From Nitrospirales bacterium (GTDB taxonomy: Bacteria; Nitrospirota; Nitrospiria; Nitrospirales; NS-4), in assembly GCA_045403215.1 (NCBI GenBank), contig JAXIOW010000111.1:1-41385 (forward strand): DNA of 41,385 nt, written 5' to 3'. Under the pieces are notes generated by a model. That model was not told the origin of the DNA. It worked only from the letters and a program-made list of their open reading frames with translations, and ran no database searches. Both the position numbers and the translations under genes were made by a program. Of this stretch, positions 10,794-19,965 are shown piece after piece (positions within the stretch are counted from its first letter, which is position 1; the number at the start of each line of letters is the position of its first letter).

Positions 10794-10830
10794 CGCGTTC
10801 CTTCCTCCGCCCGTTTCAGCGACACGCCGG

Positions 10831-11511
10831 CTACGGCGTCAACCACCCTTGGTCGGCAAAACTGACGTACTCATGGTCCCCGATAATAACGTGGTCAAGA
10901 ACCCGAATGCCAATGATCTCCCCGGCCGAGACGAGGCGGTGGGTCAAGGCCCGGTCTTCCGGACTCGCCTCCGGATCTCCGCTCGGGTGATTGTGCACGA
11001 AGATGATGGCCGCGGCCGACTCCCTGATGGCCGGGACGAAGGCTTCGCGCGGATGTACGATACTCAGCGTCAAGCTCCCCTCCGACACCGTCACGTCCCG
11101 AATGATGGCGTTCTTGCCGTCCAGCAAGACCGCCTTGAAGACCTCCCGGCGAAGGTCCCGCATGAGGGGACGGTAGTGACGGAACACGTCCTGGCTGGAC
11201 GTCACCCGCTGCCCCGTGGACAGCGGAGCGGCCATGGCCCGCTTCCCGATTTCCAGCGCCGCCTTGATGAGGGCAGCCTTGGCCGGCCCGACCCCGGGCA
11301 CGGCGCAGAGTTCCCTAGCGCTCAACCGGCTGACACCGGGCAAGCCGTCGTGCCGATCCAGCATGGCGACGCCGACATCCAGCGCTGTCCAGCCCTCGAA
11401 CCCGGTTCCTAGCAGAATGGCAAGAAGCTGTCCGTCCGTCAAGGTCTCCGGGCCGTACCGAAGGAGCCGCTCGCGGGGCCGCTCGTCTGGAGGCCAGGTC
11501 TCGATTCCCAT
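10831..11511 (-). CDS. radC: RadC-family JAB/MPN domain protein (UPF0758)
   Basis: Motifs seen: ERPRERLLRYGPETLTDGQLLAILLGTG, an HhH-like segment, and HNHPSGDPEASPED (JAMM motif). The ATG at 11511 is preferred over GTG at 11523. Confidence 0.9.
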   Translation of the reverse strand: MGIETWPPDERPRERLLRYGPETLTDGQLLAILLGTGFEGWTALDVGVAMLDRHDGLPGVSRLSARELCAVPGVGPAKAALIKAALEIGKRAMAAPLSTGQRVTSSQDVFRHYRPLMRDLRREVFKAVLLDGKNAIIRDVTVSEGSLTLSIVHPREAFVPAIRESAAAIIFVHNHPSGDPEASPEDRALTHRLVSAGEIIGIRVLDHVIIGDHEYVSFADQGWLTP

Positions 11512-11565
11512 CGCTTTCCCCACGTCATGTTCCTATCCATCTGTGTACCCTCTTACACACCTGAT

Positions 11566-11591
11566 GGACATTTTTGACACAGGGAATGTCC
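11566..11591. promoter_or_regulatory. Inverted repeat GGACATT-N12-AATGTCC, a candidate activator/operator site in the radC / zinc-ribbon divergent region
   Basis: Perfect 7-bp arms at 11566-11572 and 11585-11591, about 80-100 bp upstream of the sigma54-like -24/-12 element. It overlaps a weak plus-strand TTGACA-N17-GTTAAA. Confidence 0.35.
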
Positions 11592-11654
11592 GTTAGGTTA
11601 AACCGGAAGACTTCCTCCTCTCATAACTCTATGAAATTCCGAAAGCCTCGTTTT

Positions 11655-11670
11655 GGGCACTTACCTTGCT
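11655..11670 (+). promoter_or_regulatory. Candidate sigma54 (-24/-12) promoter gGGCAC-N5-TTGCT
   Basis: GGCAC lies at 11656-11660 and TTGCT at 11666-11670. The GG-N10-GC spacing is exact. About 10 of 12 core consensus positions (TGGCACG-N4-TTGCW) match. The element sits about 48 nt upstream of ATG 11718, which has an AGGAGGA SD. Confidence 0.5.
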
Positions 11671-11717
11671 TTCCTGCGGGGAAACGGGTCTCCGACCACC
11701 GACAGGAGGACAGGGTG

Positions 11718-11888
11718 ATGCAATGCAGGAAATGCAAAGGGCTCATGGTCAGGGAACGGTTTTCCGACTATTTCCTGATGGTCTACGCCTGGAAGTGCAT
11801 CAACTGCGGGGCGATCGTGGACCCCACCATCACCAATAATCAGAAAAAGCGGCCTGCGGAGAACCCCCGCGAGACCGTTTCCCAGTAA
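11718..11888 (+). CDS. Small (56 aa) Cys4 zinc-ribbon protein, unknown function
   Basis: The ATG is preceded by AGGAGGA with good spacing. CxxC (CRKC) and CxxC (CINC) pairs lie 22 residues apart. The tail is hydrophilic. Confidence 0.55.
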   Translation: MQCRKCKGLMVRERFSDYFLMVYAWKCINCGAIVDPTITNNQKKRPAENPRETVSQ

Positions 11889-12038
11889 CCCGCCGGTCGT
11901 CTGCCCGCCGTCGCCCACATAACGGGCAGCCTTTCCTCCCCCGTCCGTCGCCTTCCCATATCGCGATGCTCGCCGTGTTGTCAAGCCTCCTCGCCGGTTG
12001 TGCAAACCACGGCGGACCATGTTAGACTCGCGACTACC

Positions 12039-12602
12039 ATGCGCATCATCGGCGGCACATCACGCGGTCGTCGCTTGTCTGGGCCCAGAGGCGAAACGAT
12101 CCGCCCCACGGCGGACCAGGTGAAAGAGGCCCTCTTCAATATCCTCGCGGACCGGATCGTCGGCGCGCACTTCCTCGATCTCTTCGCGGGGACCGGCAAC
12201 ATCGGCCTCGAGGCGCTGAGCCGCGGGGCCACGCAGGCGACGTTCGTGGAGTCCAACCCGACCGCGTGCCGCCTGCTGGAGGTCAACGTCCGTCGGTGCG
12301 GCTTCGAGCGGGTGGCCGAGGTCCGTCCCGTTCCAGTGATCCGCTTCCTGAAGCACGCGCGCGGACCGGCCTACGACATCGTCTTTCTCGATCCCCCCTA
12401 CCAGACGCAGGACGCGCACAAGGTCTTGCCATCATTGGGAGGCGATGCTATCATCTGCCCCGACGGCGTGGTGGTCGTCGAGCACTTCCATAAAACCCAC
12501 CTGGACGATCGGATCGGACATTTGGCGCTCGTGAAAACGTACCGGTACGGGGACACCTGTCTATCGGTGTACCAGCGCGATCGGGCTGAGGCCTCGGCAT
12601 GA
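12039..12602 (+). CDS. rsmD: 16S rRNA (guanine966-N2)-methyltransferase RsmD family
   Basis: Motifs seen: MRIIGGxxRGRRL, RPTxDxVKEALFNIL, LDLFAGTGNIGLEALSRGA and FLDPPY. Confidence 0.88.
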   Translation: MRIIGGTSRGRRLSGPRGETIRPTADQVKEALFNILADRIVGAHFLDLFAGTGNIGLEALSRGATQATFVESNPTACRLLEVNVRRCGFERVAEVRPVPVIRFLKHARGPAYDIVFLDPPYQTQDAHKVLPSLGGDAIICPDGVVVVEHFHKTHLDDRIGHLALVKTYRYGDTCLSVYQRDRAEASA

Positions 12603-13087
12603 GGATCGGCGTCTATCCGGGCACGTTCGACCCAATCACCAACGGGCACGTGGACCTCATCAACCGGGGCTTGCGCCTGTTCGACAAGATCTACGTGGCC
12701 GTGGCCGCAAACCCACAAAAGCATCCGGTGCTGACCCTGGACGAGCGGGTGGAGCTAGTGCGCCTCGCCACCAAGGAGATTCCTCACGTCGAAGTGGAGC
12801 CGTTCCATGGTCTTCTGGTGGACTTCGTCCGCCAGCGGGGGGCCCACGCGGTGATCCGGGGGCTCCGTGCCGTGTCGGACTTCGAGTTCGAGCTGCAGAT
12901 GGCGCTCATGAACCGCAACCTGGACGAGAGCGTGGAGACCGTCTTCCTCATGCCCAGCCAGGAATACATCTATCTGACGTCGACGATCATCAAGGAAGTG
13001 GCCCGGCTCGGGGGCGACCTCATCGGCCTGGTGCATCCGGAGATCGCCCGCCGGCTGAAAGAACGTCTGCGGGGCGCCTCCCGATGA
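12599..13087 (+). CDS. coaD: Phosphopantetheine adenylyltransferase
   Basis: Motifs seen: GVYPGTFDPITNGHVDLI, IRGLRAVSDFEFE and SSTIIKEV. ATGA overlap with rsmD. Confidence 0.95.
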   Translation: MRIGVYPGTFDPITNGHVDLINRGLRLFDKIYVAVAANPQKHPVLTLDERVELVRLATKEIPHVEVEPFHGLLVDFVRQRGAHAVIRGLRAVSDFEFELQMALMNRNLDESVETVFLMPSQEYIYLTSTIIKEVARLGGDLIGLVHPEIARRLKERLRGASR

Positions 13088-14277
13088 AGCTCGCGCAGCG
13101 GGTCGGACGCATCTCGCCCTCCCCGACACTCCGCATCACCGCCGAAGCCAAAGCGATGGCTGCCCGGGGCGTGGACGTGATCGACTTCGCCTCCGGCGAG
13201 CCGGACTTCGACACGCCGTTGCCGGTCAAGGAAGCGGGCATCGCTGCCATCCGCAGCGGCTTCACGAAATACACCGCCGCAGGCGGCATCGACGAACTCA
13301 AGCTGGCGGTCGTCGAGAAGCTCCGGCGTGACCAGGGCCTCACCTACGACACGTCGCAAATCCTGATCTCCTGCGGCGCGAAGCACTCCCTCTACAACCT
13401 GGCTCAGGCCCTGTTCGAGTCCGGCGACGAGGTGATCATCCCGTCTCCCTACTGGGTCTCGTTCCCGGAGCAGGTGTTGCTCAACGACGCCACGCCGGTG
13501 CTGGTCCCGACGGAGGAGCGGCGCGGCTTTCGCTTGACGGGGGATCTCCTGGCGCGGCACGTGACGCCTCGCACAAAGGCCGTCGTCGTCAATACCCCGA
13601 GCAACCCGACCGGCTCGGCCTACGACCGCCGGACGCTCGAAGGGATCGCCGAAGTCGCGCTCCGCCACAACCTGGTCATCGTCTCGGACGAGATCTATGA
13701 GAAACTGCTGTACGACGGGCTCTCACACGTGAGCATCGCCTCGCTGGGGCCGGCGGTCCAGGCCCGCACCGTCGTGGTGAACGGCGTGTCCAAGGCCTAC
13801 GCGATGACCGGGTGGCGGATCGGCTACGCCGCGGGGCCGAAAGACCTGATCACCGCCATGACGACGGTACAGAGCCAGAGCACGTCCAACCCCACGTCCA
13901 TCGCCCAGAAGGCGGCGGTCGCGGCGCTGAACCAGGGCGACGCGTTCATCAAGGAGATGGTCGCGGAGTTCGACCAGCGGCGGCGGGTCATGGTGGAACG
14001 GTTGAACAAGATCCCGGGCGTGACCTGCGCGATGCCGAACGGCGCGTTCTACGCCTTCCCGCACGTCGGCCGTTTGATCGGCCGGCGGGGGCCCGGGGGC
14101 CCGCTCACCTCCGCGACCGCGCTGGCGGCCTATCTCTTACAAGAGGCCCAGACCGCCACGGTCCCCGGCGAGGCCTTCGGCGCCCCGGAGCATGTGCGCT
14201 TCTCCTACGCCACGAGCCTGCCGAAAATCGTCGAGGGGCTGAACCGCATCGAGGAGGCTGTCCTCCGGCTGAAGTGA
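13084..14277 (+). CDS. Class I PLP-dependent aminotransferase (aspartate aminotransferase-like)
   Basis: Motifs seen: GEPDFDTP, NTPSNPTG, SDEIYEKLLYD, SKAYAMTGWRIGY (PLP lysine) and RFSYA. ATGA overlap with coaD. Confidence 0.9.
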   Translation: MKLAQRVGRISPSPTLRITAEAKAMAARGVDVIDFASGEPDFDTPLPVKEAGIAAIRSGFTKYTAAGGIDELKLAVVEKLRRDQGLTYDTSQILISCGAKHSLYNLAQALFESGDEVIIPSPYWVSFPEQVLLNDATPVLVPTEERRGFRLTGDLLARHVTPRTKAVVVNTPSNPTGSAYDRRTLEGIAEVALRHNLVIVSDEIYEKLLYDGLSHVSIASLGPAVQARTVVVNGVSKAYAMTGWRIGYAAGPKDLITAMTTVQSQSTSNPTSIAQKAAVAALNQGDAFIKEMVAEFDQRRRVMVERLNKIPGVTCAMPNGAFYAFPHVGRLIGRRGPGGPLTSATALAAYLLQEAQTATVPGEAFGAPEHVRFSYATSLPKIVEGLNRIEEAVLRLK

Positions 14278-14334
14278 GCGCCCGTGAGCCGGGGCTTGAC
14301 GGCGGCGGGGACCGGGTTTACAGAAAGCAGCACG

Positions 14335-14610
14335 ATGCCGATCTACGAATACGGATGCGAGGCGGGACACCGCTTTGAAGTCAAGCAGAAGGTGAGCGAC
14401 CCTCCGCTCACCACATGCCGGGTGTGCGCGCGGCCGGTGTCCAAGCTCATCTCTGCATCGGCCATCTCGTTCAAGGGAACCGGCTGGTACGTCACGGACT
14501 ACTCGAACAAGCTCAAGCCGCCGGCGAAAGACGGGAAGGCCGAGAGCCCGGCCGGCTCTTCCGGGAGCGAACCGAGCCCTCCCACAAAGACGGACTCGTC
14601 TGGCTCCTGA
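14335..14610 (+). CDS. FmdB-family putative regulatory zinc-ribbon protein
   Basis: MPIYEYxC...HxFE start signature, CRVC second knuckle, FKGTGWY(V)TDY motif, and a low-complexity Ser/Pro tail. The first knuckle has only one Cys (GCEAGH). Confidence 0.8.
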   Translation: MPIYEYGCEAGHRFEVKQKVSDPPLTTCRVCARPVSKLISASAISFKGTGWYVTDYSNKLKPPAKDGKAESPAGSSGSEPSPPTKTDSSGS

Positions 14611-14631
14611 CCCGTGGCGGCGAGCCCGGTT

Positions 14632-14973
14632 CTATTTCTTGCTCTTGCCCTTGGTCGGCTTGCTTTTGCTCTTCAATTTGGCCTGGGCGTCCGCCAGCGC
14701 CGTCTGAAGCTGATCCACCTTGGCTTTGAGGTCGGCCTGGGCTTGCGCCATCTGACCAGATTGGACCTTGCAGTCCTCAGCCGCTTGGGATACCTCCGCC
14801 ACCTTCTTGAGCAAGGAGTTCTTTTCCTTCTCCGCCTGCTCCGCAGCTGTGACCTTCGCTTCCAGTTCCCCAATCCGCTGCTGAAGAGCCGGCGGCCACC
14901 AGTCGCACCCGCTCAACCCGATCAGGCACCCAGCCAGTGCGATCGCTCCGACTACCCGTGCTTTGTCGCTCAT
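14632..14973 (-). CDS. Coiled-coil lipoprotein (113 aa), unknown function
   Basis: GGAGGG SD before ATG 14973. Signal peptide with lipobox LSGC. Heptad-rich, Ala/Gln/Lys-rich body and a lysine-rich tail. The longer ORF to 15438 overlaps the activator gene and is rejected. Confidence 0.65.
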   Translation of the reverse strand: MSDKARVVGAIALAGCLIGLSGCDWWPPALQQRIGELEAKVTAAEQAEKEKNSLLKKVAEVSQAAEDCKVQSGQMAQAQADLKAKVDQLQTALADAQAKLKSKSKPTKGKSKK

Positions 14974-15008
14974 TCGTCCCTCCTCTAGGTTGACGCCCCG
15001 TACGCCCG

Positions 15009-16432
<1,424 letters not shown>

Positions 16433-16436
<4 letters not shown>

Positions 16437-17896
16437 GCCGCCACCTCGACGCGTTCCACCGGCAGGCTGATGACCACGTTGGTGCCCTCATTCGGGCGGC
16501 TGCGGACGCTGATCCGGCCCCGATGCTCCTCCACGATCTTCTTGGTGATCGCCAGACCCAAGCCGATCCCCAGCTTCTTGGTCGTGAAATACGGATTGAA
16601 GATGCGGTTGAGGTCTTCCTCGCTGATGCCGGGTCCGGTATCCGAGACAATGACCTCGACAGTCCCGTTGGGCACGGGTGCTTGCCCCTCGCGCCCCGCC
16701 TCGGCGCAATGCTGGGTGGTGACGCGCAAGCGCCCGCCAGTGGGCATCGCCTGAATGGCGTTCAGCACGACGTTCATGAGGCAGGTTTTGATCTGCACGG
16801 GATCGGCTTGCAGGCGCGGGATGGGGGTCGCTTCCGACACCTCGATGCCGATCCCCTGCTCGACAGCCTTCTGGCGCGCGAGGCCGACCACTTCCCGGAT
16901 CAGCGCCATCAGGTCCACGTCGCTCTTGTTGAGCGCCAGTGGCTTCCCGACCGTGAGGAAATTCTCGATCATGTCGTTCAACCGGTGGATCTCGGCCTTG
17001 ATATTGGACATCAGCGCCAGCGCCTCGGCGGTGCCTTCGGGCAGCCCGCTCCCCAGCCGGGTCCGGATGTGGTCGATGCTGAGGTTCATGAAGTTCAAGG
17101 GATTCCGGATCTCGTGGGCGATGCCGGACGCCAGCTTGCCCACGGCAGACAAGCGTTCGGCCTCCCGGAGGCGTTCTTCCAGTTCGCGGTGCTGGCGGAG
17201 CTTTTCCACCATCTCGTTGAAGCTGCGCGTCAACTCGGCGATCTCGTCCTCGCCCTCGACCTCGATGGTCTTGGTGAGATCGCCGGCGGCGACGTGCTTG
17301 GCCGCCTTGACCACGTCATGAAGCGGCTGCGTATATTTCCGCGCGAGGTAGAGTGAGGCCAGAATGCCGAGCGAAAAGATCATCAACGTGACGGCCACCC
17401 GCTTGTACAACGACGCCTTGGTCATCTGCGCCACATCGTCCAAGGTGAACGTCACGTGGATGTACCCGAGCACCTCGTTGCCGTCCACCAGCGGGGCCGT
17501 CACGTTGTATTCGCGCTGCCCCCCTTTGGTCACCGTGCTCTCCATCTTGCGGCCCGACGGTTGCGGCGATTGCGTGCTGACGATGACCTCCTTCTTCTCC
17601 ACGTCCAGCAGCTTGATCTCTTTCACCCCTTTCTTCCCCAAACGGGCCATCAGTTTCTGAAAGGCGGCCGGGTCCGGCTCGCCGGACAACTGCTCCAGAC
17701 TGACGGCCGTGGCGTTGGAGAGATCATTGATGCTCTCCTCCATCTCCCGCACCAGCGCCTGCTGGGACAGATAGGAGAAGAGGATGGACGCCGCGAGCGA
17801 CAACACCAGGAGCGCGAGCATCATGATGACCAGCTTGGTGGTCAGACGGAGTCGGTGGAAGAGCTGGTTGTTGAGGGCGGGGAGCGTCGCCAGCAT
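16433..17896 (-). CDS. Sensor histidine kinase (TM - periplasmic-like segment - TM - HAMP - HisKA - HATPase)
   Basis: H-box SGIAHEIRNPLN, N/G boxes (VVLNAIQA, DTGPGI, GLGLAI), and a HAMP-like segment after the second TM. ATGA overlap with the activator. The ATG at 17896 lies 2 nt after the tsaC stop. Confidence 0.88.
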
Positions 17897-17898
17897 GA

Positions 17899-18540
17899 TC
17901 AGGCCGTCCAGGAAGGCAGGACCGCGCGCAGCGCGGCCTGCGACACGCACCCCTCGCGAACGAGACGCGGGGGGCTCACGGTCGTATCCACGACCGTGCT
18001 GGGGAGCCCGCCGGGCGTCGGGCCGCCGTTGACGATCAGATCGACATCGGCCCCGAAGGCGCGCGCCACCTCTTCTGCCGTGGTGGCCGGCGGCTGCCCG
18101 GTGCGATTCGCGCTGGTGCCGGTCAGGGGGCCGCCGATGACGTCCAGCACCTGCTGCACGTCAGGAGACGCCGAGAGCCGGACTCCGATGGTTCCCGTCC
18201 CCGCGGTGAGCGCCGAGGGCACCGCCACCGCGGCTCGGAAGACGAGGGTCAGCGGGCCCGGCCAGCAGGCCTGCATCAGCCGCTCGGCGGCAGGCGTGAT
18301 CTCCGAGATCAGCGCCTGTAACTCGTGGCGGGAGCGGATGAGCACGAGGATGGGGCTCGTCTGCGGGGACCGGCCCTTCAGGTCGTACAGTCGCTGGACG
18401 GCCTGGACGTTGAAGGGATTCACGCCCAACCCATAGAAGGTTTCCGTGGGAAACGCGATGACGCCGCTGCCCCGGACCACTTTGCCGGCCTCCTGGAGCG
18501 AGGACTCGGAGAGGCGATGTCTCTGGACGGTCGTTCCCAT
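17899..18540 (-). CDS. tsaC: L-threonylcarbamoyladenylate synthase (YrdC/TsaC/Sua5 family, single domain)
   Basis: Motifs seen: VIAFPTETFYGLGVNPFN, PGPLTLV, IGVRLS and TSANRTGQPP. Confidence 0.88.
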   Translation of the reverse strand: MGTTVQRHRLSESSLQEAGKVVRGSGVIAFPTETFYGLGVNPFNVQAVQRLYDLKGRSPQTSPILVLIRSRHELQALISEITPAAERLMQACWPGPLTLVFRAAVAVPSALTAGTGTIGVRLSASPDVQQVLDVIGGPLTGTSANRTGQPPATTAEEVARAFGADVDLIVNGGPTPGGLPSTVVDTTVSPPRLVREGCVSQAALRAVLPSWTA

Positions 18541-18570
18541 ACGTGCGGCATTATACCATGGCTCGTGCCG

Positions 18571-19845
18571 TCACCGTTTGCTCAGCGCGCGCGCGCCGAT
18601 ATCGGAGCGGTAGTGCATGCCATCGAAGCGGATCCGGCGAACACCTTCATACGCCCGCTCGCGGGCGGCCATGAGGGTGGTCCCGAAGCCGGTCACCCCC
18701 AGCACTCGGCCGCCGGCGGTCACGACGCCGCCGGGTGTGCGTGCGGTCCCGGCGTGGAAGACGAGGAGATCGTCTTGCCCTTCCGTCTCTGCCAGGCCGT
18801 GGATCGGGATGCCCTTCGTCGGCGGGCCGGGATAGCCAGGCGCGGCCAGCACCACGCAGACCGCCGCGCGATCGTGCCAGTCGACCGAGAGGCGGTCCAG
18901 CCGGTGCTCCGCCACCGCCGTCAGGATCTCCACCAGGTCGGTCTTCAACAGGGGCAACACGACCTGGGCTTCCGGATCGCCCAGGCGCGCGTTGAACTCC
19001 AATACTTTCAATTCCCCGCGCACGATCATCAGCCCCGCGTAAAGCACGCCGTGAAAGGGACTGCCGAGCCGGGAGAGGCCTTCGACGATCGGCTCCAGGA
19101 TCGTGCGCCGGACCCGATCGACAAGATCGCGGGTGCCGATGGGCGCGGGCGCGTAGGCGCCCATGCCTCCCGTGTTGGGCCCGCTATCGCCGTCCCCCAC
19201 CCGCTTGTGGTCCTGCGCCGGCGAGAGGGGCGCGACGGTCTTGCCGTCCGTGAAGGCCATCACCGTCAGTTCCTCGCCGTCGAGAAACTCCTCGATCACC
19301 ACCCGCGACCCGGCCTCGCCGAACGCGTTGCGCTCCAGCATGGCCCGAACCGCGTCGCGGGCCTCAGCGCGGGTGCCGGCGACGACCACGCCTTTCCCCT
19401 GCGCCAGCCCATCGGCCTTGATCACGATCGGCATGTCGCGCTGCTCGAGGTAGCCGAGGGCCGGGCCGACCGCCGTGAACGTCTGCGCGTCAGCGGTGGG
19501 GATGCACAACCGGACCATCAGGTCTTTGGAGAACGCCTTGCTCGCCTCGATGCGGGCGGCCGCCTTGTGCGGGCCGAAAATGAGCAGCTTGTCCTTGCGG
19601 AATTCATCCACGATGCCGGCGGCCAGGGGCGCTTCGGGCCCGATGACCGTCAGGTCGATGCGCTGACTGCGGGCGAAGTCACGCAAGCCGGCCAGATTGT
19701 CAGCCGCCAGCGGCACGCACTCGGCGATTTGAGCGATCCCCGGATTGCCCGGCGCGCAGTAGAGCTTCGTCACACGGGGGCTTTGAGCGACCTTCCAGGC
19801 AAGCGCATGCTCCCGCCCGCCGCCGCCGACAACCAAGACTTTCAT
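18571..19845 (-). CDS. purD: Phosphoribosylamine-glycine ligase
   Basis: Motifs seen: MKVLVVGGGGREHALAWK, PGNPG, VIKADGLAQGKGV, NTGGMG and LEFNARLGDPE. Confidence 0.95.
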   Translation of the reverse strand: MKVLVVGGGGREHALAWKVAQSPRVTKLYCAPGNPGIAQIAECVPLAADNLAGLRDFARSQRIDLTVIGPEAPLAAGIVDEFRKDKLLIFGPHKAAARIEASKAFSKDLMVRLCIPTADAQTFTAVGPALGYLEQRDMPIVIKADGLAQGKGVVVAGTRAEARDAVRAMLERNAFGEAGSRVVIEEFLDGEELTVMAFTDGKTVAPLSPAQDHKRVGDGDSGPNTGGMGAYAPAPIGTRDLVDRVRRTILEPIVEGLSRLGSPFHGVLYAGLMIVRGELKVLEFNARLGDPEAQVVLPLLKTDLVEILTAVAEHRLDRLSVDWHDRAAVCVVLAAPGYPGPPTKGIPIHGLAETEGQDDLLVFHAGTARTPGGVVTAGGRVLGVTGFGTTLMAARERAYEGVRRIRFDGMHYRSDIGARALSKR

Positions 19846-19874
19846 AGGTGATTCACGGGGAGGGCCAGTCCACT

Positions 19875-19957
19875 GTCATTGCGAGCGACCGCAGGGAGCG
19901 CGGCAATCTCTCTTCCGACATCAGAGATTGCTTCGTCGCTGCGCTCCTCGCAATGAC
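19875..19957. repeat. REP-like imperfect palindrome (GTCATTGCGAG ... CTCGCAATGAC) between purH and purD
   Basis: An outer 11-bp stem (gtcattgcgag / ctcgcaatgac) and an inner 9-bp stem (gcaatctct / agagattgc) flank partly mismatched middles and an 11-nt loop. The element lies in a 120-bp gap within a co-directional gene run. Confidence 0.6.
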
Positions 19958-19965
19958 AACCAGGG

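Noticed and set aside
11889-12038. Possible sRNA or terminator in the 150-bp gap before rsmD (CTGCCCG-N15-CGGGCAG).
   Set aside because: The stem is only 7 bp with a 15-nt loop and no U-tract. Promoter-like hexamers for rsmD are weak. This is not enough evidence for any call.
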